Of a DNA stretch of 64,000 bases, positions 51,794 through 63,900 are shown piece after piece (the stretch's first letter is position 1; each line of letters opens with the position of its first letter). Under the pieces are notes generated by a model that was not told the DNA's origin, did not search any database, and saw only the letters and a list, made by a program, of their open reading frames with translations. Origin of the DNA: Antedon mediterranea (lineage: Eukaryota > Animalia > Echinodermata); NCBI RefSeq assembly GCF_964355755.1, contig NC_092670.1, positions 23,546,795 through 23,610,794 on the forward strand. Direction: 5' to 3'. Position numbers and translations under genes: made by a program.

Positions 51794-51845
51794 CTACTTA
51801 CCATAGAGATATTATAGTTCACTATAATATCTCTATGCTACTTAC
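51794..51845. mobile_element. P-element-like excision footprint or minimal element: 17-bp inverted repeats in an 8-bp target-site duplication
   Basis: CTACTTAC-CATAGAGATATTATAGT-TC-ACTATAATATCTCTATG-CTACTTAC. Confidence 0.8.
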
Positions 51846-53875
51846 AAATTCCTTGCATAAAATGAAAGCAACAAATCAGGTTTGATAATGACAAAAACAA
51901 CCTGTTATGTCAGAACTTTCAACAACAACTAGTGAAGTATTAAGAATAATAATGCCTGAAGGAAAGAATTAATCGGAATTACAAACTGACCACAAGCACA
52001 CTTTATTCAGACATAAAGAATGTGTTTAGAAAAAGGTGAACAACAACAAAACTTCAAAGGTTTTAAAGCTAAAAATCACAACGTATAATACAACTATTCT
52101 TAATGTTAATGAATTGATTAGCAAGCTCTATCTGTAAATTAAATTTTGGAGATAAAAAATCTGCAGATATTTAGGAACTTATTTAATAGTCTTGACGATT
52201 AATTCTATCTTTATCTCTAATTTTTGTTAATAACCAAACTATAGATTGATTTTAAGTGTGCAATAAAAGCATAATTTGTAGGTAATTTAAATTTTTGCAG
52301 ATAAAACAAGATAGAAGAATTAACAACTATAAATTGTTGTCCAGAGGACAGCTGTACTGTAAGAAAAACATAAGGTTGTAAATTTTATAATCTTAATTTA
52401 TAGCAAACAAACATACTGATTAGATTAGATTTCACAATAGTTGCCTATCATACATGACTCAGAGCTGAACCAATTTGGATTCTAGTCATCAACTACTACA
52501 GTAGCTTGTTCGTTCGTAGTCATTTCATTATTCCATACAATCAATATACGTAGATTATCATCAGATGTCAGATGGCTGTCATCCCATTGTACTGTACTGC
52601 ATTAATTAATTAACAGATGGACTTTCACCGTATTAAACTAATACTATACAACATGGTACTACTATCCACACTATACAGTAGTATGTCAGTAGGGAGGATT
52701 TTACAAAATTATTATATTATTACTGTATATAATTATGTTAAATTACAAAATTAGTGTATATGTTGTTATCAAATAAAGCATATGGTATTCATATTTGACT
52801 TTTTATGGAGATAATTTCAGTTTACAGTTATTGTTGCCACTATAGATATCAAATTTGTTAGAAAATTACAGTTGATGTATTTTACATACAACTTGGTAAT
52901 CTTGAATTTAGATCTGGTTTGTCATGGAATGGCTAAGCTATCACTAAACAGGTTCTTTGTTTAACACTGACTATGGGAACAGAACAGATTAAAAATGAAT
53001 TGTGGTGTATGATGAACTAAACATTTATTTTTATCATTATATTTTAATATCTTCTAAACAAAAATTGAACATAAAAACATGGTTTTGGCCATTTAAAAAA
53101 ACAGTCACAATATTTTGAGGAAACGTTTCTAAATAATTAAGCAAAAATATGTTTTTTTTTTAATTATTTAAATTTATAGCACTTTAAGAAAATTATATTA
53201 TTAAACTCTTTCTCAATAAATAATTCCACCTTTTCAAAAAGTATAAATTGAATACACACAGTTTAGCACAACTTATACTAATTAATACAGTACATTATTT
53301 CATTTTCACACATGTGTAAATATATAATTGGTAGAATTTCTTGTAAATGTTTTTCCTGTATATTGGTTATTTGTTACTGATTGCTTACATTACACTGATC
53401 TGGTATTGGGAAAACGAATACACCGTTCGACATTTAAAATCCTAATACTGATGGATTAGGTCATTACAGGGTCAACGTTGGATTATTCTAATTCCCGCTC
53501 CTATATGTTGAGTATAATTCCACCGCTAACGATCATTTCAAATTTATGACTGATTAAAAACCGACATGAGCTGGCGTGCAAATTGCGTTATGTGTGAAAA
53601 TACACTGACAGTGACACACATTTGAGAAACAACACATACCGTACTGTACTGTGTAACAAATTAAGACAAACAGCTCATCTATGTTCTATGGATTAAAAAA
53701 AGAATTGTTTCTTGGTGAAATGACAAATTAGCATATTTCCTGTCGGCACAAACACTTAGTACATTGCGACAAGAACATTTTCAAAAGGTTCACAACAACC
53801 AATCAATTACTTGTGAAAACGTAGCTGTGTAGCGAGACATTTAGAGTTAGTATAATTTTTGTTTTTTTGTCAGCA

Positions 53876-54466
53876 TCACCTGCCTAACTTTTTCTGTTGT
53901 TTTGTTGCTTTTTTCTTCTTTTGAATCATCGTATAGAGGGCATCAAGTCCATCGGTCAAGCCCTCGCCGGTTATTGCACAAGCAGGCTGAAGATGAACCG
54001 GACAGTGGTTTCGAATGTCCTTCATTTTTAGCTCGTGATCTAATCTATCAACCGTCAATGCTTCTGGCAAATCTTGCTTATTTGCGATAATCAACAATGG
54101 AACACCAAGATTCTCACGACACGTCGTCACTCTCTGAAGCTCGCAACGTGCTTCATCCAAACGTTCTAAATCGCAACTATCGATAACAAATATAATTCCG
54201 TCCGTGTTGCGTGTGTATGATTTCCATAATGGACGTAATTTTTCGCTTCCGCCGGCATCCCAAAATCGAAAGCTTAATCCTTTCGTTTTTCCAGATTTTG
54301 ATTTAATTTTTTCAGAGTTAAATCCTATAGTTGGTACAGTGTTTATGAATTCGTCAAGTTTGTAACGGTACAGTACCGTAGTTTTGCCAGAATAATCCAA
54401 TCCGATGAGGACTATATGGAGAGACTGGAATTTGGGTAAAATCCCGGTTGATGAGCTTGACCCCAT
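53876..54466 (-). CDS. ARL4: ADP-ribosylation factor-like protein 4 (ARL4C-like small GTPase), 196 aa, single coding exon
   Basis: MG myristoylation start (ATG at 54466-54464), FQSLHIV, P-loop GLDYSGKTT, NTVPTIGFN, WDAGGSEKLRPLWKSY, ANKQDLP, QPACAITGEGL and the basic C-terminal tail KKKKATKQQKK typical of ARL4A/C/D. Confidence 0.96.
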   Translation of the reverse strand: MGSSSSTGILPKFQSLHIVLIGLDYSGKTTVLYRYKLDEFINTVPTIGFNSEKIKSKSGKTKGLSFRFWDAGGSEKLRPLWKSYTRNTDGIIFVIDSCDLERLDEARCELQRVTTCRENLGVPLLIIANKQDLPEALTVDRLDHELKMKDIRNHCPVHLQPACAITGEGLTDGLDALYTMIQKKKKATKQQKKLGR

Positions 54467-55218
54467 CGTGAACACCAATCTAAATAAGCAACTATACCAT
54501 GAAAGACTTTATAATCCAAAGATGGCGTACATAACGCAAATATCCTGACCTGCAATTCAATTGAGGATCACATTATGTTAATCATTTTTTATTTAAAACA
54601 AAAATTCCAATGTTTTTTTTTTATTCACAACCAAAATTCAAACTTTTTTTCCATTATTATTAGAATTATGTAAAGATTATTTTTGATGAAGTTGATGTGA
54701 AAGCCAAAAAAACAAATATAGAAATCAATAGAAACAAATGATCAGACAATTTATGACTCAATTAAGATTACAGAAACCAATCAATAATAATTATATATCA
54801 ATATTATATTATGCATGAATAAGTAAAAGGGTAAAAACTGAAAAACATGCATGCATTTATTGCATTGCAATGCAACAACAAGGCATCATAACATTGGCCT
54901 ACTTTACAGTACACACAGAAATACATGAATCCAATTTATCTGTCTATTATGCTAGGTATTACAAACAAAACCAAATGGAGTTTTCTAATAGTAATAATGT
55001 AACAGATAATAATATAGGCTAGGTAGTAGCAGACAAATCAGTTAAAATGCCTGGGCCTGTGTATCAGGAGGAATACTAGGCCTATATCCATCTCCCTTCT
55101 CTACATTCATTTTAACACCACCCACAAACATCATTATTTAATAGCATCTGTTTGTTTCACTGACGAATGGATTACACCTCCCTGAGACAAGACTGAGTGA
55201 GACAGAAAATTTACTTAC

Positions 55219-55400
55219 GAATTCTGAAAGCTCTGAACTCCAAAATGAAACCTTTCCTACAAAAACTTCAAGCAGATGTGTTCAACTAACAATTCTTTCC
55301 TTCAAACCGGCAAATTAAGCCGACCCTCAGGGTTTTTTCAAGGATCAAACACCAACTCACCAGCAGTCCAGCTAGTCGTCTGACTACTCAGTTACTGAGG
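55219..55400 (-). other. ARL4: Non-coding first exon of ARL4 (intron 54550-55218)
   Basis: Minus-strand donor GTAAGT at 55218-55213 and acceptor TTGCAG at 54555-54550, 83 nt upstream of the ATG; the 5' end is approximate. Confidence 0.6.
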
Positions 55401-55847
55401 CCAGACATTTTATGCATCCTTGACGATCAATAAACAAATGACGTTATCGCCAAGATCTTTAAACGTAAACAAACTGTGGTTACCAATTTGTTATGAGGGC
55501 GGCAGTCAATCAATTATCTTTGTCACAAATGAATATTTTTTTATTACATTTTTTATTTTCTATTCTGCTTTGAGTAATAGAGTAAATAATGTAAATGCAT
55601 AGGCTATGTAGAATTGGAGTTATTAAGGTGCGGAGAGAGAGAGAGTAAGCAAAAATAAAGGCTTTATGATTGATCACAGGTGTGTGCCATGTGTTTATTT
55701 TTAATGATTTGGAAAAAAACCCCCATAGATTGCGCCCTCAACAAATACCAAATAATCTCGAGCGTACACACACAACTTGACACACGACACGACTCGCGGG
55801 TAATTTGTTTTTGGGAGAAAGATTACTGTATTGTTTGGTTGTTCTTT
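55400..55847. promoter_or_regulatory. Putative bidirectional promoter between ARL4 (-) and TONSL (+)
   Basis: Short, relatively CpG-rich gap between two divergent first exons; contains Fox-like RTAAACAAA (55430, 55466), TGACG, GAGGGCG/CGCCCTC motifs and E2F-like TCGCGGGTAATTT near 55794. Confidence 0.6.
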
Positions 55848-57920
55848 ATGGATATCCATTCGAAAAAGCAATTAAAGCGTAATTGTATATTTTGATTTAT
55901 CTATCCCAGTTGTTATATGTTGTATTGTTCAAATAGGCCTAGCTAGGCCTGTATTAAACTCGGCTAGGCCAGGCCCTCCTATTATTTGCCTTCACTCACA
56001 CGCTTCACGCACGGACGGTCCATAAAGGACTCGCCTCGATTCGCAGTTACTAGGCCTAGACCTACTTAGGCGAGGGCCTACTGTGTAGGCCATACCCAAG
56101 TCCTAGTAGTAATACAGATCCTGGCCCTTTTGTAGCTAGAAGAATAGAAATAGAACTATAGGCCTAGCTAGTAGAAGAAAGGATAAGGGCTAGGCTAGGC
56201 CTAAATAAATACGTTATGACTAAAGATACGGTACCGTATCCATACTTTTAAAAACTAAAGGTACGGTAATTATAGAGGGCGCTATGTAATGTGGATGTTA
56301 ATCAAATAGGTTATTGCATTGGTTTTCTGCAAGCCAGCTGTGTAGCCTAGTGGGCATGTGGTGAGGCTTTGGCTTAAGGGGTTGTAGGTTCGATACTCTT
56401 CTTGACGTCTTTTTTTTATTTTTTTTTTTTTAGTTTTTAATTTAAGAGAGATTATTTAGAGGGTTAGGTTTTTAATATTTAGGAAGGAGTTTTATATTTA
56501 GGAACGAGTTTTATATTTAGGTACGAGTTTTAGGAATGCAATTTTACCGTACTTTTAGCAAACGAAAGCGCCCTCTATAATTACCGTATCTTTAGTTTTT
56601 AAAAGCATGGATACGGTACCGTATCTTTAGCAACGGCGAAATAAATAAGCTTTTATTTTATATCCCTAACACCCATTTTTTCTCGGATATTTGAAAGCTT
56701 TTTAGCGGAGTGGGTAACTAATGATATAAAAGATTCTTTAGATAGTAAGCAATTTGGTTGTCGTAGAGGCTCGTCAACTTCACACTACCTCGTAGACTTG
56801 ATAAATTCTGTTGTATCTGACCTGGAAGGGGGTAGCAAATATTTAAACTTATGTGCTGTAGACTTTACGAAGGCTTTCGATCGTGTGGATCATAATGTTG
56901 TCATAAATAAATTAATATCCATAGGAGTGAGGCCGTCCATTCTTCCTACCGTTTGTAGTTTCCTCTTAAATCGCACATGCAATACCAAAGTTAAGGGAGC
57001 CACCTCTTCAAATTCTAATATTACTTGTGGGGTGCCCCAGGGCACGAAGTTGGGTCCCCTTCTCTTTTTGGTATTAGTCAATGATGTTGCTGAGGGAACT
57101 GACAGGCGGTGGAAATATGTGGACGACCTCACTCTTAGTGAAGTAGTTAGAAGTAGTGATAGACAATTGTTGCAGGACACTTTAAATCAACTTGATGATT
57201 GGTGTTTGATAAATAGAGTCCTCCCCAAGCCATCCAAGTGCAATGTGATGCGTATTTCCTTCCTAAAGTCCGACTGTCCTCCTCCCAGTTTCAATCTAAA
57301 TGGCCATGATCTTAAATGTGTAAATCACATTAAACTGCTTGGTGTCACCTTGCAGGATAACCTTAAATGGGAGATGCATATTCATGATATCGTTGCTAAA
57401 GCATGTCGACGTTTGTACACTTTGATTATACTTAAGAAAGCCAAGGCGCCTTGTAAAGATTTACTACAAGTATATACTTGCTATATACGTCCTTTAGTTG
57501 AATATGCATGCCCTGTGTGGCACAGTTCAATTACGAAAGACCAAACTAAGTCAATAGAAAGAGTTCAAAAAAGAGCTCTACGAATCATTTATGGCATGAA
57601 CTATGTATCCTACGAGTCTGCTCTTAAATTGTCAGACCTTCCATCGCTAGTTAACAGAAGAGTCCAACTCTTACTGAAATTTGGTAAAGGAATAATAAAG
57701 TCCGATACATTTAGAAGCATTCTTCCACCTGTTCGTGACATTAGCAGAACCCTGAGGTCTGCGAGTAAGCCTCTACTCAAAATCCCGTTTGGTCGTACAG
57801 AAAGATTTAGATCTTCACCAGTCCCTTTTTTAGTCCGACTCATTAATGATGAATATTGAATAGGCTGGCACTATTTTAACTTACAGGTGGACCAATTTTA
57901 ATGTGGTAAATTATTATTAT

Positions 57921-57968
<48 letters not shown>

Positions 57969-60900
57969 AGTTTTACCTTTTATACATAATGTATTTATAT
58001 ATTTTTATCAAATTTTGTAAAATACTACTTTTCAGCCTTTTGGCTGCCGTTGTATTTTGATGTCTTTTTATGAATAAATATACCTAAATGTATAAATAGT
58101 CTTGTTGAGAGTCTTGTTATACTATTATAATATTATCATATGATATGATATATCGGTCAGTCTATAATTAAAAAACCGAAAACAAAATAAAACAATCTAA
58201 ATACCGAAAACAAACTTGTTAATGTCGCCCTCTACTGACGAGTGTTTCTAAAGCTAAGACCATGACAGACAGAAGACCGCGTGAAAAAACCAAGGAAGGC
58301 CCTAGGAAGGACATAATAGTGTTCACAAAATACAACTAAAAAGCGTACAAACTCAATGATAACACCGACCTACTTTCAGGATCTGTAAACATATTTTTAT
58401 TGTAGTCTTTTGATCCAGAAACCAATGCATGTACTCCTCACACATTCATTGTGAATATTTTAATCATGATCAATTTAATTATAGATTTTATTTAATGAAA
58501 TTGATAATATTAGAGACTACACTATAAAGTACAAGCTCACGATAACGATTCATAATAAAATCTATTCAGTAAAATTTCCGTAGTCAAGTTATAAAATATC
58601 ATTTTATCCTTGATCACTTCAAAACGCATGCATAAGCAATGTTAGCTAACTAACTACAGTAGCTACCTTTCTTTTATTTTATTAAGTTGGGTTGTACTAT
58701 TTACTAGCCTAATTTGTCTATTGTTTATTATTTAGCCCCAGAAAATTGATTCATTGTTTAATTGATGTATTGTTTAGGTTTGCAAAAAGATAAATTGAGA
58801 GCACAGTCAAATGGTAATTTCAAACAGGAAGCAGAGACTTGCAATGCAATTGGTCAGCTACTGGCAACGCATGGTGAATATGAGGCTGCTCTTGAGGAGC
58901 ACTTCCAAGAACTACAACTGTCAGAGTCATTGAAAGATGTGATTGGATCAGCTGTAGCCAATCGACGGATTGGAGAGTGCTATTGCGAAATGGGTCTATA
59001 TAAAAAAGCATTGAAGTGAGTTTAATAACAATGTGTTAAGGTAAAACTGTATAAATCCAATAGATGCACCGATTATGTTTTAATAACATAGGTAGTATGC
59101 AACTGACTCCAAATACAATATCTATTGTTTTACTTTTATAAGTTTAACTTTTATGTGTCTTTCCTCAAATAACAACACTTATAACAGCATTGCTCAATCT
59201 CCAGGTGCAATTGAAAGATGTATTATTGTCCATCAAAATATTGGAAAAAAATATAAAGATAAATAAAATCAATATATAGAGTTTGTGTTACGTGGCTACT
59301 TTTTGCATTTTTGTTATACCAATCAAAAAATAAAATAAAAACAAATTAGTTCTGCCATCTTTCAGATATCAGCAAAACCATTTAGAGAAAGCACAATCAG
59401 TAGATAACAGAGTTGAAGAGCAGCGTGCATTGGCAACTATTGGAAGAACTTATTTACTTCAGTCTGATATATATAATGATAAGACAGAAGCACTAAACAA
59501 AGCACAAGAAGCTTTTCATGGGTAACAGTGAAATGTTGATTTAATTATATTAGAACCCATTAAGGAGACACATTTGGTACCCAAGATTGGCATTATTATC
59601 CCTTGTTCATTAATAAGAAACTTGCTGATAATTATATGAAGAGTGGAAGTATTGTCGGCATGTTTATTTATCTGTTGATGTAACATTGTTGATTTTCTTG
59701 TACCCTTTAACTGTTTAAAATCTCCTTTAGTTTACAACCAACTCCACATTATTTCTTTGAACAATAATATTTGAACCTGAACCAGTAATGTTAACCTTTA
59801 ATAGGGGTGTCCCAAAGAAGGACTTCTACTGTACCTATATTGTATTTTATTAAGTTACTTTTTGGGTAACAATTTTTGTTCCTGAAGTGGTCAATGCAGC
59901 AAGAGTGTAATCACTATTATGATTATTATTTTTTTTTTACTCTTTTGTTGTATACAGTGGTGTAACTCACAGGGCAAAATACTGGTTTAGCACTCCCAAG
60001 AGGCCCTCCAACGCTGGGTTGTTGCATTGCTCTGGAGTCCCTGGGTTTAGCCAGTGAGCGCTCATAGTCATTACGCCGCTGGTTGTATAGAATTGTTTTA
60101 TTGTAGATTGGTACAAAATCTGTTCAAACCAAAGGACCAAATACTCTTTTCTAAACATTCCATTCACTTGACGTCTGTTATTCCATCAGTTAATTTTATC
60201 AATATCATGATCTATTCTTTTTTTTAATAACAAAAGTCTGAAGTTGGAAAAAAACCTAATTTTTAAATTATCTGAATATATCTGCCACAAATTAATTTAA
60301 TTTTGTTTCAGGAGTCTTGATATTTGTCGTGAACTTGGTGGAAATGTGTCGGATCGTGAGCTAGCAGAGATGAAAGCTCGACTCTATCTCAATCTTGGGT
60401 TGGTGTACGATTCTCGACAAGAAGCTGAGTACTGCGCTAAGTTTATAAAACAGGCAGTTTACATTGCAGAGTAAGTTAAAGAATATTGTGTTGGAGCTGT
60501 AGCTTGGTGGTTAACATACTTGCCTTCCAATCCCAAGTTCCAGGGTTCAATTCTGACCTATTGCCAGGATCGTTGTTCACAGCTCTTTCTACTTCGCTTC
60601 CTCAAATGAGACAAGCATAATATACTTTGTCCATCTTTTAATTAATTAGTGAGTAAACTTGAAATTTAAAAGAAGCTAAAAACGACTACTGACTGAAAAG
60701 TGGCATAATTATATTTATATTGTTTTTAACAGGCAAAAAAACTTGCATGAGGATTTATACAGAGCTAAGATATCACTAGCAGGGATTTATATTAGGGATA
60801 GTAAATACTCACAAGCTCAACGCATGTATGAGGGCGCTCTTCAAGTTGCCAAGAAACTTGCTGATAAATATATGGAAAGTGAAAGTATTGTAGGCACTGC

Positions 60901-63900
60901 TAATGTAAGTATGTATCTATCTAAGTTAGAATATTGTACTACTTTAAATGTGTAAAATCTCCTTGAGTTTACAACCAACTCTACAGTAATTCTTTCAACT
61001 CATACTCTTTTGATTTAATAAAATGCTCTTTTGAACAATAATAATTGAACCTGATTAAATTATTATAATAATTCTTTTCACTATTAGATGTACCTGCAGA
61101 TGGGAGACTTCAGTGTAGCGTGTAAATACTTCAAACAGGCATATAAGCTAGGCTCACAAACACCATTACAAAGGGAAGCTGTTATAGCAAATTTCAAAGC
61201 TGGTAATGTATTACTTTTTACTTTTCCATTGTTAACTGGTATACAAATCGCTTCTGAGGCCTTATAACTGAGAAGAAATCTAAGGTTATTTATGACCAGT
61301 AATAGATCCTCTATTAGTGCTGCCTACTGGTACATACTGGATCAAAACAGAGTCTAGTGAAGGAAACTGATCAACAGTAAGTCAGTTATAATTCAAGACT
61401 GCTGATTGATTGATAACTATATTTCAGAATGAAAATTCCATATACCGTTCATCAAACAATACAAAACGGAAAATCATAGTAAAATAGGATTTTCTTCCAT
61501 TTAGTTGATTATGATTCTGTTTAAATTATTTGTTTTCTACTTTTAGCAATCCGAGGACGACGTTTAATGAAGGAATTAAGCACAAAGGGAAAAGAAGACG
61601 TTAAAAGTTTTCTGAGACTGTATGAATCACTAGGTGACCTGTACTGCAAACTTACAAATTACTCCAAAGCAATTGAATATTATCAAAAACAGGTGAATAA
61701 TTGTGACTTAAACCTTATTAAAAAGACACCTTCAGGTATTGTCCATAGTGTGAAAAAAATTATATTTACCATTACATTCATGCAAACAATTTCCTAAATA
61801 TGGGGTGTTCACTGAATATGGGTGTCTGCTTCAACCCTTAACCCAAGTCTTTAACACCTTTTCCGGTCTGGCATCAGCAAATTAAATTGGACGTAAATGT
61901 TTTGTTTTCACACAGCTATGCGCATATCGATTGCCAGATAGTCGTGTGGAGAGTAAAAACGAAATATTGCCGACCGGAAACATGTCGGAACAGGTGTGAA
62001 ACTTAAGAATTAACATTCTAAACTTTTTTTTCAATATCTTAATTTGTTTTTTCTCGACAGCTTGAATGTGCGAAGTCCTTGAGCAAACCCGAGATAGTTT
62101 TGATTCCGATTTATGTGTCATTAGCAGCAACATACACTGATAACAAACAGTATGAAGAAGCTGTGAACATGTACAAACATGAGCTACAGCTTAGAAAAGG
62201 CAACCACAAGGAGGTACCGCAGTCACTAAGCACTCCCAAAAACTCTCTTAAATTCTGAATTTCTCAATACTTCCAACTATTAAATGTATTTTGAAAAACA
62301 GACTACTGTATTGTAAACGAATGAATAAAAAGAACAGTGTTTATGATAGTGTATGTTATGGTGGAAATGCTAATATCAGGGTTCATGGGTCATTGAAAAC
62401 CTGGAAAATCATGAAAAGTCATTGAACATTTTGGTAGAAAGGTCTTAATTAATTATAGTATTCTTTGGTGAAATTCAACAGTGACCAGTGGCTAGAGTGC
62501 TCACTGGCTAAACTAGGAGCCCCAGAGCTTATGGAGGCCCCTGAGCAGTGCCCAGAGGGAAAAAAAATGCCCAAGGCCTTCAGCGTTGGAGGGCCATTTA
62601 GACCAGGGCCTCACACCTCTGCATTATGCCACTGACAATGACATGATTCCTGAACATAGTCACTAAATTAAAGCAACAATATTGATACAAAGATAGTTTG
62701 ACTGAATCGTCTATATTTATACATTGCAGGCAGGAAGAACATGGTTAAACATTGCCAAGGCACAGGAAGACGGTGGGAAGCATTTTGCATTGATAAACAG
62801 CTGTCTCGAGAATGCATTGGAACGAGCTAGGAAAGCAGAACACCCTAGGTTACAAGTAAGGATGTTGATATTTTGCTTGGATGAATTCAAACATACATAT
62901 TGCATTAATAGTCAACAGTGCTTCTTCACAATGAATATTATCTAAAATCGTCAGTAATTTTTAACAGTTGAGGGTTCTCAAAGAGTCTGCTGCCATTCAA
63001 GAAAAATTTGTGGAAGATGTTTTGTTGGAGAAAACGCAGCGACAACTACAAGAAGTAAAAACAAAACATGATCTGGACTCTGAGGATGATGAAATTTCAG
63101 AGGATGACTCAGAGGAGACTCAGAACGTTGAGGATGAGAGTCTTGATTTTACTGAATCGGGTATTATAATAGTTTTTAAATTGTATCTATCTACAATACA
63201 GGTACTTCGGTGCTATGTTGTTTACTTGCTTATTTAAAAAAAAAGGCCATATACTTGTCACAGCCATGCAAGATTGTCACAATTTGTTAATACATAGTAA
63301 TATTAGTTCATAGCATTGCCATCATAAAACAGTGACAAACTTGAAGTAATAGATAAAAGGTCGAAATGAAAGTAATTAATAGGTTATACAATCATAGTTT
63401 ATGATTGTCATTTTTCAATACAATATGTTACAAAATATTATTTTGTCTTTTAGAAGAATCAGAAGTCGATGAAAACGAAATTGTTGAAGGCGTGAGAAAA
63501 CGGAACAAGAAGCCACTTGTAAGATGAAATATTACTTGTTCACAACTTTGTAGAATTTGAATGCATAACAAACTAGTTCATCGGCAAGATAAGATTAGAT
63601 GGCAATGCAATTATATCTTAATTATATAATTGCTTTCAATTGTGTGCTGTGCAATCCTGGTTGGATTTTTAACCTTGCCTGTAAATAACTTAATGTAGGC
63701 TTAACAAGCGACTTTGATAACTCCAGAGGGCGCCATATTTAAAAAGTAAATTGGGACAAAAAAAGTTCTATAGGCGCTAGGGCCTAGATGGACATTTTTG
63801 TCCCGATTGACCCTGTAAATATGGTGCCCTCTGGAGTTATCAACATCGCTTATTAACATTTGAACATCAACATTATTATTTTGTATTTTCTTTTTTAAAG

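Noticed and set aside
52506-52520. miR-375-like start TTGTTCGTTCG
   Set aside because: The match ends after 11 nt and no precursor hairpin is visible.
54467-54478. ORF-track N-terminal extension MVFT of ARL4
   Set aside because: It relies on a TTG start; the myristoylated MG start is the ATG at 54466.
56335-56410. Functional tRNA gene (also 25630-25687 and 60493-60570)
   Set aside because: A/B boxes are present but no convincing cloverleaf or acceptor stem is visible; all are embedded in repeats.
56212-57859. Retron-like system (inverted-repeat ncRNA followed by an RT)
   Set aside because: The RT is CR1/L2-group LINE type with a LINE 3' tail, and the inverted-repeat element has its own 9-bp TSD, so these are two independent insertions 12 bp apart.
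58262-58339. ATG ACA GAC... as the TONSL start
   Set aside because: It reaches a stop after 25 codons with no good phase-1 donor; exon 55848-55878 fits phase and homology better.
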